The notes under the pieces are model-generated. The model was given only the letters and a program-made list of their open reading frames with translations, searched no databases and was not told the origin of the DNA. The position numbers and the translations under genes are program-made. Source: Phoronis australis (lineage: Eukaryota > Animalia > Phoronida). From it: DNA of 64,000 nucleotides. How positions within the stretch are numbered: position 1 is the stretch's first letter; each line of letters begins with the position of its first letter. Positions 24,249 through 37,450 of the stretch are shown piece after piece. The stretch lies in the NCBI GenBank assembly GCA_002633005.1, contig NMRA01000262.1:130902-194901 (forward strand), written 5' to 3'.

Positions 24249-25393
24249 CAGCCTTTCAAGCGTTCCTACTTTTCCTACTTTTTCCTACTTTTTTGGCCTG
24301 TTCCTACTTTTCCTACTTTTTTCTGAAATTCCTAATATTTCCTTCGTTTTCCTACTTTTTTCTCATTGCTGTAAAATTTCCGCAGCACACAAAGTGCTTA
24401 CTCCTGCACAAGTGATGCTAACCAAAAGACCAACCAGCAGGACTTTATTCACACTTATGAGTGCAAAAGGTTTGAGTGCGCCATTCTATTGTAAGTCACC
24501 TTCCATTGAAGGAAAGGGGATCAACTGAAATTTTCGGATATAATTTTTCAGTTGATCCATTCTTGTTGTTTTATTTACCTATTGAAATAAAGAAAAATTC
24601 AACTTAAGACACCAAGTCCTTGTATAAACTCTTAAGTGCAACTAAAATTCTCTTCCAAAAGATAGTTTAGCAAACTTGGACACCATATCCACAATTTAAG
24701 ATGCAATTTTCCTGGGGTTTGTAGATAAGGCGGGGTTGTTTGGATCCCGACAAACAATAAGACCCTGTTATAGGAGGCAAACTTGTTATATACGGATCTG
24801 AAAAGAAAAGAGACTCGCTTCACGAAACAACTCAAGTGGGAGTCGTTCAAATTAGTCCTATTGTTCTTTCTCACCAAGGATTGGTTGACCAACTTCTACA
24901 GTCCACTTCTAGATGGAAAGGAAGTGTATTGGGGAGTGGTGGGAGAGTGCACTTGGTACTTTGTTGAAGATGAAGAAGTATGCACAGAATCAGTTCCTGC
25001 TCTAAATTGTAATTACACGGAAGCCGACATAAGAGTCATCCTTCATATAATTGAGGCGGTCAAGCCCTCAACGGATTTTTGGGTCCTCTTTTGGACCTCC
25101 GGTGACCAAAACTAAGGGACTGTGTCAAGTAAGACGCCCCTTTACTTCAATGGTAGGTGATGTACGCAGCCAAACCTTATGTAGTCAAAAGTAAATAAAG
25201 TCCTGCTACAACTAATGGAAATGCCTCTGACATGAGGTGAACGTCATTTGGTAAAATAATATCATTGAAAACTACTCCTGAACGCCTGCTCTTGTTCCTA
25301 CTTTTTCCTACTTTTCACTTCATAGTTTCTACTTTTTTTGAAAACGTGTCCTACTTTTTTCCTTCTTTTTGCTTAAAACTGCTTGAAAGCCTG
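24249..25393. mobile_element. hAT-like MITE with CAG ends and ttcctacttt repeats, interrupted by an Academ element
   Basis: TIR cagcctttcaagc / gcttgaaagcctg; flanks agactt/aaactt (6 bp, 1 mismatch); ttcctacttt repeats occur on both sides of the insert. Confidence 0.7.
24435..25208 (+). mobile_element. Non-autonomous Academ-like transposon with an XPG-like nuclease remnant
   Basis: Long imperfect TIRs cagcaggactttatt... / ...aataaagtcctgcta (YAG...CTA); 4-bp TSD CAAC; internal peptide VPALNCNYTEADIRVILHII resembles the L.C.HEEADTR+ILH motif. Confidence 0.75.
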
Positions 25394-26048
25394 AAACTTA
25401 CAAAATGAAAGACAAGACTTAAATGATCAATGATGAATACGAAGCTGACATGGAATGACTGATGAACCAAAACAAATAATAAACTGACAATAAATAGAAG
25501 ATACTGAAAGTATAAGACAACATGATTAAAAAAATAATAACTTAATGAATGATAGTTAATAAAAGTACATGACATCATGTGAATAGATGAACAAAATACA
25601 TTGGTTGGTCTGAGCTGTTGAAGGCATAGTATTTGCTACACGGAACACTGTCTTCTAATTAAATTGACTTCTGATAATTCATTTAAAACTCATGAAGGTT
25701 GGTGCAGATTTGGTTGGCATCAGAGGGGAGAGTGTTCCATAAATAAGCCCCGCTGTAAGTAAATTATTGTTTTACCAATTTCATTTCTGGTTTTCAAAAA
25801 ATTGAAATTGGATGACTGTGAGGCAATTAGCTGTCATGGTAAACTTAATAGATGATAATTTACATTTACATTTGGTTTGTGAATGTGCTTTCAAGATTAG
25901 CAACCAAAAAGACTGAACTGATTGTTCATGATTAAAGTGCTGATGTACCCTGAGTTCTCATTCTAGTCCAGTTCTTTATATTCAATGAAAGTTATGTGGA
26001 CCCTTGCAGCTTGACACATATCAGAACACTTTGTTCTTGACATTGCAG

Positions 26049-26240
26049 AGAATTTTATGAAAAAGGATGTCCTAAATTGTTCAGAATCAGAAACAATTCT
26101 TGTCAACAAGGACGGTAGTTCATGTAGCAATAATGCTGCCAGATGTAATGGACGTCACATGTGTGGAAGTGGTGATAAACTTTGGGAATCTTCAGAGGCG
26201 AAAGACTGCAGTACAGATCATATCTACTGGTGCATCCCAG
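26049..26240 (+). CDS. Receptor coding exon 2: 6-Cys extracellular module (possibly a compact SUEL/Gal-lectin-like domain)
   Basis: Splice sites ttgcag|AG...CAG|gtatgt, 192 nt, phase 1-1; LNCSESETILV...C...RCNGRHMC...C...IYWCIP. Confidence 0.82.
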
Positions 26241-27229
26241 GTATGTCATCTGCACATTGTCAGTCTATGTAAATTACAATGTTCTATGTGTTTTCAGTAA
26301 GCATTGTGTGTGCATTTTTATTTTTTGTGTTTTATCACTCTTATTTCAAAGGAACGCAGTTATAGACTGGAAGCAACTATTTTTGATGGGGAACAAAACT
26401 CTGCAAACTGCGTAAGATCTCATGCAGCACCATCATTGTTGGTTCAGTGTTTCAGGTTGGAGCACTTTGTTTTGTTTTTAATGTGACAAATAAGGGCTCC
26501 CAATTGTATGTGATAAAGCAATGGATTGCTAACTTGATATATTTCATTTTGAAGATTATGGTAACCGTTTTAACTTCGCCTATATTATCCCTACAGTCCC
26601 TTTCATAAAACACGTTGTAAGATAGACTCGGGAGCTTTGCTTCTGGGGCTCAGTTGTCTGTATGAAAGTGCTTTCTAGTCTGTTTTTTGGCATCCGCCTC
26701 TCTATGAGCCAAACCACTCTTAGGATGATTGTGAAAATTGGGACATATGTTCTTGGTGTGAAGAGGATGTTTTAAGATCATGATTTTCGACGACTTTGAC
26801 TGTTGTGGCGCCTTCTTGTAACAGTTATGTTTTTTGTGCTCATAACTGGATCTTCTAAACCTACAGCAGGAATTTTTCGAAAATTAAGCAATTTTATTTA
26901 TATAAAGTTGGCAATTGACGAGGACAACTTTCAGACGAATCTGGCAAAGGCTGTGCCCCCTAGTGGCAATTTCATTTTTTTCTGTTTTCCTTTCTTTCTC
27001 TGAACTTCCTTGACAGATTTTTATGAAATTTGGTAAATAGCTTTCTATTAAAGAAATGATGGTGTGTTCCCATTTTGGGATGGATTTGTTGTATTTTGCA
27101 CCATCTGGTGGTCATTTTTATGATACAAATAAACACCCCTGGAAGCACACAGTTTTGGATGCATTCGTGGGTGCATTTCATCATTATGAAACCATTTTTA
27201 CTGTGAAGTTCTTATTTTTATATTTTTAG

Positions 27230-27592
27230 ATGCTAACATCAATAAAGATTGCAACAGATTAAATGTGAATGCTTTGTCAAGTACAGAGGGGCATATTCAA
27301 TCTCCAGGTTATCCTTTTTTTGAGAAAAGTATCACATCGAACTCATGTCAATGGATTCTGAGATCTGGACATGTTTACTATGTGAATGTACTCGATTTGA
27401 AGATAAGTCATAGTAAAGATCTCTGTAATGACATTGGCAAGCTTGTGATAACTGAAGAAAACAAGAAAGAGGTTTTCAGCGGGTGTTATGGTAGAAGCAT
27501 TTTAACATTTCGGGTGGAAGGTGGTGCAACAATAGATTTTCAAGTTACCACAAGGGATAAAGTGCTACAGGGGTTTTGGATTTATTATAAAG
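27230..27592 (+). CDS. Receptor coding exon 3: CUB domain
   Basis: Splice sites tttttag|AT...AAG|gtaggt, 363 nt, phase 1-1; C...EGHIQSPGYP...CQWIL...LDLKI...C...L.I...GFWIYYK. Confidence 0.9.
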
Positions 27593-27658
27593 GTAGGTTT
27601 TACTGTGTTTGACATTTCCATCCAGCCATTTCACAACACCACTGGCATTAGAACACCA

Positions 27659-27726
27659 TGTGTGTGTGTGTGTGTGCATGTGTGTGCGTGTGTGTGCGTG
27701 CGTGCGTGCGTGTGCGTGTGTGTGTG
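27659..27726. repeat. (TG)n/(TGCG)n microsatellite
   Basis: Seen directly. Confidence 0.95.
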
Positions 27727-28871
27727 TTGATATGAAAAATCATCAACTTAACATCAGGAGCATCGTTTCACTCCTGTAAAAAGTGCAAAATCATGTTGGG
27801 GATAATGTGCTTATGACAATATTTGCAATGACCGGGTATACAGCCTTTAATAAATGAGCCCCGTTATGGTGATTGTGCAATAATGTGTAGAAATTTTCCA
27901 TCTTGCTCAAGGGTGGAGCTTGTACAAAATTTTAGAAATAGGCAATACTGGCCACCCCAAATTCAAGAATTACCAGAAAGACAACAGAATTAACCAGTCC
28001 AAAATGCTGTAGATGATGTGGTGCAATACAGGCTACAAATGTTTCAGTTTTTTGGTTACTTTTTAATGTATTACCAGTGAGTACTCTATTTAAAATTAAA
28101 AATTGTATGAAAATTATTACCAAACTGACAAAAACAGAAATCAGACCCATGGACACATGCAAGGGATACTCACCTGCACATATACGTGAAGTTTAGGAAC
28201 ATGTGCCTATACACAAAACAATCAGTAAAAAAATTTTGGGAAAACATTTCAGATATAGGAGTATGGGCCTACCCCTGCACACCCTTGGTTTCTTGTGTAT
28301 AGTAATACATTTGTTATGATCCATGTCCCATCAGTGTTGCCAACTGCAAATGGGAAATTACTGGCAAAAATGTCTTAGTAAGCTTATAGGGTGTTGCTTA
28401 CGTTATATGATTTTATCAACAACTATTCAGCTGGTCTTACTTTGAGTACATGGTAAATGTACACAATATGGTAGACAAGTGTAATTTTTTATTTTGTCAA
28501 ATTTCCCAACAAAAATAACATTAAGTAAAGTTTAGTTTATTATTAGTTGTACTGTGCAGGCATCCTGAAACAACATTTAATTATTAAAAGTTTCCACTTA
28601 TTTACTGCAACGTGATCAGCTTTTGAAAAGTAGAAAATGACGATTTTGGCAATTAATAATTTTTTATGACTGGCACTGTGCCTTATGGACTAAGTTAATG
28701 GTTGACTAGTGTTGTGCACTGAATTCTGTTAGAAAAATGAGCATTCGTTTGTGCTGCACCAAATGCGTTACATTGGTCTTATTTTCTATTGTTAAACATT
28801 GTGTTAGGATCAAGTGATACTAAGATCAACAGACAATGTTTTGTTTATTGTTCCTTACTGCCTTTTTACAG

Positions 28872-28943
28872 CGATAGAAGAAGTTCCAAAGACAGATGTC
28901 ACTACAGTCAGCGGGATGTCTACTGCTACTGAGATGGATATAG
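28872..28943 (+). CDS. Receptor coding exon 4: Thr/Ser-rich stalk
   Basis: Splice sites cctttttacag|CG...TAG|gtaact, 72 nt, phase 1-1; AIEEVPKTDVTTVSGMSTATEMDI. Confidence 0.8.
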
Positions 28944-30359
28944 GTAACTAATTATCACCATGTGTTGAATAATGTTTCAACAGTTTCTTCAAGGGATATC
29001 TCCTCACTTTCCACAAAATGGGTACACGACCATACAACATGGAGCTCTATAATTTCCACTCGACGGGAGAAAAGGATTTCCATTTTCAAACAGGCCAGTC
29101 TGGCCATTGGAAAGTACATTTTGTTTTTTCAGGGTTGGCCAACTTTTCAGGAGCGCACCATTTTATAAAGTTGAGGAAAATTTTGAAACCAATCTGTTAT
29201 GACCACTTTACGTGCACAATTTGTGCGCACTAGTCCAGTTGTTGCCTCCAACGTAACAATAGATTTGCTGTGCAGGGTCAGATGTGTGAATAACACAACA
29301 ATGCATTAGTCCTCATGCTCACCAATAATGCACAGTCAAGGCTGCATGGTGTGAGGAGACTTAATGTATGCTATTGAGAAAAAGACTTAAATAAACGCCC
29401 TTCTTAGCAAATGTTAAAGCTGATAGCACTGTTGTTAGTAGCAATCATTTGTTCTAAATGCTCTCAGTCAGTGGTGCAGTTATTACAAGTGCAGGTAAAG
29501 AAACATGGGGCATGCCATTGCCAAAGTCACGCAAACTGGGTGAAAGTTTTTGCAGTGCATGTGTCACAACCTTGAAATATGTCTGTTTACCCGAGTACGG
29601 GCCGTAAACGTTGTCACGTGAACGGCAATTGTTTTGTGTGTGGGGGAACGAACTCGGCAAAAGCAAAAAATTGTGTCAATCATGCTGCTAAAGTTCAGCC
29701 TCCTGTGTAGCAACCCTTACAACGTAATGGATCCTTTAAGAGGTTCTTTTTCATTAAGAACACATGATGTATATAAACACTTCAAAGATTTTTTAAAAAG
29801 TTGCGTAAACCTCATTACATAATATGTTGTCAGTCAAGTGAGTGAATACCCATAATGCATGAAGCAACTCACACTACAGCAACCAATTTAGGTGAGGATG
29901 CACCATCTAAATAAAATATTAAACCCAAAAAATCTTAGCTAATCCAGTTAAGTATGAAAATAATTTGTTGTCTTGAAGGAGTGTTATTTAGACTTAAGTT
30001 TTGACTGGACTAACTTGCGTTAAATTCTGTTTCGTGTAGTTTCTAACTTAACTGAAGCAGGAAAATTATCTTTAAATCTATGTTGTTAACTTTATTGACT
30101 TCTGCAATGAGATAGAATCAACAGACTGATGAAATGTAAAAAATATGAAGATACTGTCAGAGTGAGTATTTTGAAATCCTAACAAGATACAACAAAAAGG
30201 ATTTTTCAATATGATGTCAAATATCGGGTACAAAGTCGATCACAATTTCATTTTGAATTTAAAAAATTGTTGCAGTTATCAGTACTTTCCAAAAACTATT
30301 TAGTAATAACTTCGGAAACTATGTAATACATAATTTCTTGAGGACCACTTCTGAATTCT

Positions 30360-30706
30360 CCATGTGAACACGGTAGTACATCACAACTGAATTGTATCCA
30401 TGTGAACACGGTAGTACATCACAACTGAATTGTATCCATGTGAACACGGTAGTACATCACAACTGAGTTGTATCCATGTGAACACGGTAGTACATCACAA
30501 CTGAGTTGTATCCATGTGAACACGGTAGTACATCACAACTGAGTTGTATCCATGTGAACACGGTAGTACATCACAACTGAATTGTATCCATTTGAACACG
30601 GTAGTACATCACAACTGAATTGTATCCATGTGAACACAGTAGTACATCACAACTGAATTGTATCCAAGTGAACACGGTAGTACATCACAACTGAATTGTA
30701 TCCATG
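30360..30706. repeat. Minisatellite, 38 bp x ~9
   Basis: Unit ccatgtgaacacggtagtacatcacaactga(a/g)ttgtat. Confidence 0.95.
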
Positions 30707-31589
30707 ATAGTTTTCCACCGATTCACAACATCATTACACAACATCATTACACAACATTACATAACTATTGTCTGAGTGTGTAAACTGACTATCTTGACAT
30801 AATCTACCAAACTGCATTTGTAAGGAGAACTCTTCATTATTGTTATTGTTATTATTATTGTTATGATTATTGTTATTATTACGGTAAAAATTCTTCAATT
30901 TGGGGAAAAAGTGATTGTTAAAATTGCCATGTTTCTATTTTTCAGAGGCTTACCACATTGTTGCAAATGCTCAAAGTTTTACAAATAAATGCTGTTTGGT
31001 GATAGCTACACCATACAAAAAATGTTAAGCGTAAAGAAAATTTTTCTGCAATTTTTTGTTTAGAAATTTGACAAAATAAAATTTCACTTCTCTGCTATGT
31101 TATGCCACAAACTAAAGATTTTTTTGTTATCGCTATAAGTAATGTTAACACATGAACATTTTACTCACAGCAGTGATTTCTCAACAAAATTATAGTACTA
31201 TGATCTTCACTTAATATCAAATTTGATTGAACTTTGATACCAGAGCAAAATCTGTGTGTATAATCAGGAAGGTGACACCTAGGGGCCTGTTACACCCAGT
31301 TACTTCTCATTGTGTTCTCATTTGTGTTGACACAGTAGGCTAAGACTGCTAGAAATGTGGTAAATGTTGAGTAATGAAAATACTTGTTCAGTACAATCTT
31401 AGAAACAACTCCATGGACGGTGTCTCGTTCATTGCATGTTTTGGCCAAAGTTGCCCGTTACAGTGACACGTATAACATGGCCCTAACCACATAAGAAGTG
31501 TCCCCTTAAGCTGGCCAAAATTGATTTTAGTACCATTTCTCAGGATTTCTGCACCGTTCTTTTCCAACAGTGTCAGTTTCATATACTGC

Positions 31590-34500
31590 TGCACCAACAA
31601 ACGGTGAGTAAATTGCACAATGCTTAGCACTGAATAAACCTTCATCAATTAATATAAAAATGCCAGATTTAAGCAATCTTTTACAAATGAACTGATTAAA
31701 TTTGCATGCATTTAGAAATATGTCATCAACATTCAAAGTAACATTTTCAATACATTTCGCCGAAAGACTAAGTATAATCATAAGAAATGTATCTTCAACG
31801 TTAAAAGTGTCATCTTAAATGCAATTTCTGCGGAAATTCACATGACTGTGTACATAAGAAAGCTGTGACCATGATCATTCTTGTGACATTTTCAATTCAA
31901 TTTCTCTAGATCACACTATGTAACTGTAACGCGGAGTTTAACGGGAACATTCAAAGTGGCGTTATTAATACAGGAATATTTTATGAAACCATGAGAATAA
32001 TAGTATTATAAGCATTTCTGCAACATTGTTTTCAGTGTAGGTTTTCTGCACTGTTGCGCCCACTGGTGGTAAATGAACCAAATAATGATGCAAATTTCAG
32101 CATTCAATAAACTTGAATTAGTAGGATAAAGTCAAATTCAAAGTTGTAAGATATTTGAATTACATGGTGAGTTTACCAATCTTTATCAAATGCATGAAGG
32201 TAGCAAGTATCCATAAGATAGGTATATCTTAAGCATCACTAGATTACCGTATACAATTTGTTATGAATATCGCATGTAACATTAAGAAAGGTATCTACAT
32301 AAGCGTTCAAAGTGGTACCTTCAAATTCAATGCTATTTTTACTAAGATTTCTGCACCTTTGTTTTCCGTACACCAGGTTTCATATTCAGTTATGCTCACA
32401 GTAAACATCAAAATTACGTCATTGTCAGCACTGAATGAAGTTAGTTAATTATTAGGATAATGCTCAATTCAAAACTGAAATGGAATTGAATTACATTAAA
32501 GGAGTATGCCACCCAAAAAACAACCCATTTTGTATCAATTTAGAACGAGTAGTTCTACTCGATAACGGCACGTTCGGTTGCATTACCTGACACCTGACGA
32601 TAGATGGAGGTGTTGAAATTATCCAATGACATAATTGGTTTCACACGCAGTCTGCTCAGTAGTTCACAACACGGGTTGCTGGCGTCATGTTATCTCTTGA
32701 ATTCATCGTTTAACACCAATAAATAATCGAACTTTGATGTAAAATCCTTAAAAATACATCGAGTTCTTATAAAAACATGTTGTTTTATTTCGCTGTTACG
32801 GATTTATTGGTATTTGGACACACCGTAACCTACAAATGTCCGCAGGACAATTTACCAAGGTCCATAGCAGGAGTTTGGGGTCTGTTCAGAGATAAATTCG
32901 AAGTATTCTTCCGTGAAATACAGACAGGAGAACCAAGAACTGTGTTGTTTAGACTTATAATTTTTTGAGTTCTAAACACACAAAACGCTTGTTATCCCAA
33001 CCAGGGCTCGGAATCCGATCAGGCCTGTCGCGGCCGGACTGACTCGTTATCCCGGCCATTGGCTCGGAACCTGATCAGGCCCGTCGCGGCTGCCCTGACT
33101 GGCACGAACATAAACCAGCTTGAGTTGGCAACTAAACCTCCAGTCAGGAAAAGACTATATTAGTGAGCCAAAGAAATAATGGGAATTAGCAACGAAACTG
33201 AAAATCTACTTACTGTCGGGGGCCGCAAAGTTGGGTTCCCCTTCCACAGACCGTCAGGGCAAAGGTTGTACAGTATCAATGATTTGAATAATGTATTTGT
33301 ATTTCTGAATAAAGATTCCCCTAACATGTGACCATAAGGGCATCTCAACATTTGCACTCACAAATACTGCAAAGGCATTACAAATTGTATCTAATGAGAC
33401 AGACTAAGTTTCAGTTTTATATAAGCATTGGTTAGGATGAGAATAATTCATTTTGAAACAGAATGCAGAATAACAAACATCTACTTGACAACTCGCCCGG
33501 CGCCAATCCCAAGTTAGTCAGGAGCTCATCTGATGAAGACTGCACGGATCCAATCTGTAGATTTCACAATCTATCAATTCGAACCGGGATACACTGATCA
33601 AGAAATACTAAAGAGGCACCGTGAACATGAACAGGCAACGGAACGTATGGTTAGTTCTTTGGTAAGCCGGAATTCGCCACAGAAATCACTGTCGATGAAA
33701 TGCCGGCCACAGACACGGAGATGTTTCACGGCCTCATACTTGCTATTAACAGAGTACCTTTCATTCTTCACTACCACGAGCCACTTCCTAAGCATTTTGG
33801 GCTCTCGAGGAAGTCGAAAAAACGATATACCCGCTTTCTTCACAGCTTCATAGTTCGCACAAGCAGGTACGATGCACCGCGATATTGCATAGCGGCATTC
33901 ATTCTGCAGACGAACCAATGACGTTGCTGCGTCGTTTTTCACCTTCCTTATAGGTTAACGCGACACCTCTCGGCAAGGTGAGGTCGACCGTATAAGAAGC
34001 GATGTGTATATAGACCGATTAAGACTGTAAAAAAGACTAATTAAATCGGGTGGCATTCTCCTTTAGCTAGTTTAGTAATGAAGATCACATGCGACCATAA
34101 GAAAGTCATCTTGTTCTTTGACATTCAAAGTAACATCTCAGGAAAGTCAAGCATGTGATTATGAGTGTCAACATTCAAAGTGGTGTCTTCAATGCAAGTT
34201 TTGAGGATGTTTGCATGATGTGACATGACATATATCAACTTATTAAGATTTGTGCACCATTGCTTTCAGTGGCAGTTTCAACCCATATCGTGCCTACTAC
34301 TAGTAAGTAAATAAATTATGGCATGTTCAGCACTGCATACTTTGTAGGGTAATGTCAAATTCAAAATTGTGACACTTTAATTTAATGTGGGGAGTTTACT
34401 AATTCTTAAACAAATGCACAAAGAGCGCCTGTAACCATAGGAAAGGTATTGTGTCTGAAGCATTTTTAATACAATTTCTTTGGGGGACCACTAACTTGTA

Positions 34501-35290
34501 TTATCACAAGCCATCAATGTGGTGTTTTCAGTGTCACTTCTCTAGAGCTTGTACCATAGAAAGGTATCCACATACCAGTGAATATTCAAATTGGTATCTT
34601 TGATCTTAAATACAATTTCAGAGAATGTTTCCATGAAAGTGTAAGAAAGTTATCATTTTATGCATTTCTAAACTATTGTTTTCAGTGCCTGTTTTATACA
34701 CTGGTGTGTCCACAGGGGGTAAGTGAGTTAACAAAATCATGTCATTTTCAGCACTGCATTGACTTGCATTGGGATAATGATGAATTCAAAATTGTAACAG
34801 ACTCAAATTACATGGAGAGTTAAGCAATCTTTAACGAACATATAAAGATCAAATGTAACCAGACGAAAATATCAACCTATGGTAAGCATTCAAACTGGTG
34901 TCTTCAACGCAATTTCCTGGCATTTCTACACTATTCTTTTCAGTGCGAGTTTCACACACTATTGTGCCCACTGGTGGTAAGTAAACGAAACAAAAGATGA
35001 TTTTCAGCTCTGAACTTTACTCTCCTGGGGAAGCAATTTTTTAAATAAATGCATGAAAATTGCGCGTTACCCTGAGGATCATAAAGTTTTAAAAGAAGTA
35101 CCTTAATACAATTTCTCTGGAGGATAACCTGTAACCATAAGAAAGGTATAACAAAATAAAACTGGTATCTTCAATGCAACTTTGGATTTCAACACCATTC
35201 TTTTCAGTGTGGATACCATTCACATCCACGCGTGGTAAGTAAACAAAACTCTACCATTTTCAGCTCTGAATGAACGTTTACCAATTCAGA
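31590..35290. repeat. Old, diverged tandem array, split by Kolobok copy 2
   Basis: Recurring accataagaaaggtat, attcaaa(g/c)tggt(g/a)tcttcaatgcaattt and gcccactggtggtaa blocks on both sides of 32500-34062. Confidence 0.65.
32500..34062 (-). mobile_element. Non-autonomous Kolobok element, copy 2 (inverted relative to copy 1)
   Basis: TIRs aggagtatgccaccc / gggtggcattctcct; flanks TTAA/TTAG. THAP ORF 33598-33942 (-): RCIVPACAN...FFRLPREPKMLRKWL...LRVCGRHFIDSDF. Convergent YQFEPGYTDQE on +. Confidence 0.85.
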
Positions 35291-37450
35291 GAAAATAGCA
35301 ACTTGATTAGGTGTTAGAATCTATCTGGCCACTCTGAATGAGCCATACCATGGGTATATAAATAGAGCCACAAACCAGATATTTTTACATTTATTGCCAC
35401 TTTGTTTTGTGTGGAAATTGAGGAACAGAGCACTGGCTGACTTGGCTTTTGCACCCACCTTTTGAAACCTTAAAACAATATTGTTCAGTACTTACGGACA
35501 CTAAATATAGAACCACCTGATAGGAGGTAAAATATTAAATAGACATACTTGGATCCTTATAACAAACTTTTTATCAGTTGCATTGTTCGGAAATGATATT
35601 AAATGAATTGTTTTTAATCAGGTTTCTTTGGACCAATGTGTAAATAGTCTAATAATTAGTGTTTAAATAGGTGAAGCTCATCGGGCAGTATTTTAACAGG
35701 TTCCGTTAAGTTACATAGTGAATTAACAATATTAACAGATCCACAAACTTCTCTGAAATTTTCCCAAATTGCTTTTTCTTTACATGCTCCCTACTGAAGC
35801 ATATTTGTATACAGTTGAGAAATCATCAAATTCATGTTCTTTCGTTCCCCGATATTTCTCCACTTCAATTAAATCAAATGGATTATGGTCTTTCTTCGTA
35901 TCTGAAGCCGTACATTTCATACTTTTGGGTGTTCTAGGTATTTACAAGTTTCTAGAGTTTTGTAGGTCCTTGCCTGAGCAGTTTTGAAATTAATTGCTTC
36001 CTTTCTTTCACACTGCTCTCGTCTGCATCCAAAATAAACATCCTTCCACGCTATGGTACAGCTTCATTGCTTTCTTACATTGTCCATGCTATTTTGGCTA
36101 TAACTTATGTCCATATACAGTGACTCATCTCGGGGAAGTTCTTGGCTATGTCTGAGAATCATACATTTCTCTTTGAACTTTTTTGTTCATTGAGATATGA
36201 ATTGATTTGTTAATTATGCTTGTCTTTGTTGCTCTTTATTTTGAATTTATCTTTTAGTGAAAATAAGGTAGTTTGTCATTTCTTCCCACGGTGATGACAA
36301 TTAGTCTTGTTGTCAATTTCAGTTTCAAATACCCATGATTTAGGTCATTTTTCATGAATTGCAGACTGGTTGTCTTGGATTTTTCCCCCATTTTAGGTTA
36401 TTTGAATCCATGTCTTTCTCTTCAAATCCAAGGAAAATGTTATTGCGGCGACATAGCCATTTTTTGAATTAATTAAATTTGCTTCTATTTTTGTCACCAT
36501 GCTGTTACTCAGTGGGGTGCGACAGGTGTAGAAACAGCCCTCCTTGTTTGACAAAAGACGTCTGCTCAAGGAATCATTCATGACCAGCTCAATTTATTTT
36601 CTTATTGATTTTGAAGTGTTTACGAAGCATCACGGCCCACGAACTAGATTGTTGATAAGACCCTGGGGACTTTAAAAGTAAGTCGCAGTTTCACACCTGC
36701 CTGTTGCAATGCTTTGCCATAGAAATTATCAAAGAAACTAAAACTTGGTTTAGATCATTATGAAACTGTTTCAGATGAGAAGTGGTCGTTATTACTTGAG
36801 ATCATGCTTATAGGTCACAAAGGAGGTCATAAAGTGATCTGCCATATTGTAGAGCTGGGTGTTAAGAAGTGATGGATTGTCATTTTTTTCCAGCCATGAA
36901 ATCATGGTTAACAATTTCAGACCATTTTTTACCAGTGAGTGGTCTAAATAAAAAGCTGCATAGTTATGTGACAAAAGGTGGATTGATTTGTTGCCACATT
37001 CTCTTCTGTGGTGGTGGTAAGTGATTCCGTTTGTGTTTTGAAATAATCCTTTCAAGTTTTTCAGTAGTCCGAATCAACAAGTTTGTTTTGTTCGCTATAT
37101 CTTTCAATATTCTGTGTTCTGAAAGTCAGTTCCAACGTTTTAGACGTCATCTGTCTTGTCTATATGTAATTCTTGTTACAAAGTTGGAAATCCTGGAAAA
37201 TGGGGAATGCTTCCATTCATAGAAGTCTATTTGAAACTGATGAGTATAAGAGCCGTGTAGTGTTGTAGGAATCAGAAACACACAATTATAAGCGAATAAA
37301 ATACTATATTGAAGCAGACACTTGATGTTGGTATATTGACAAAAATGAGACTAAACTACAGTGATTTCACAAATCGTTATAACTGATAGGTGGCACCACA
37401 GTACCCCCCTCCAAGCGGAGGACTAAGGCAAATCCGAAGTGGGTGAAGAA

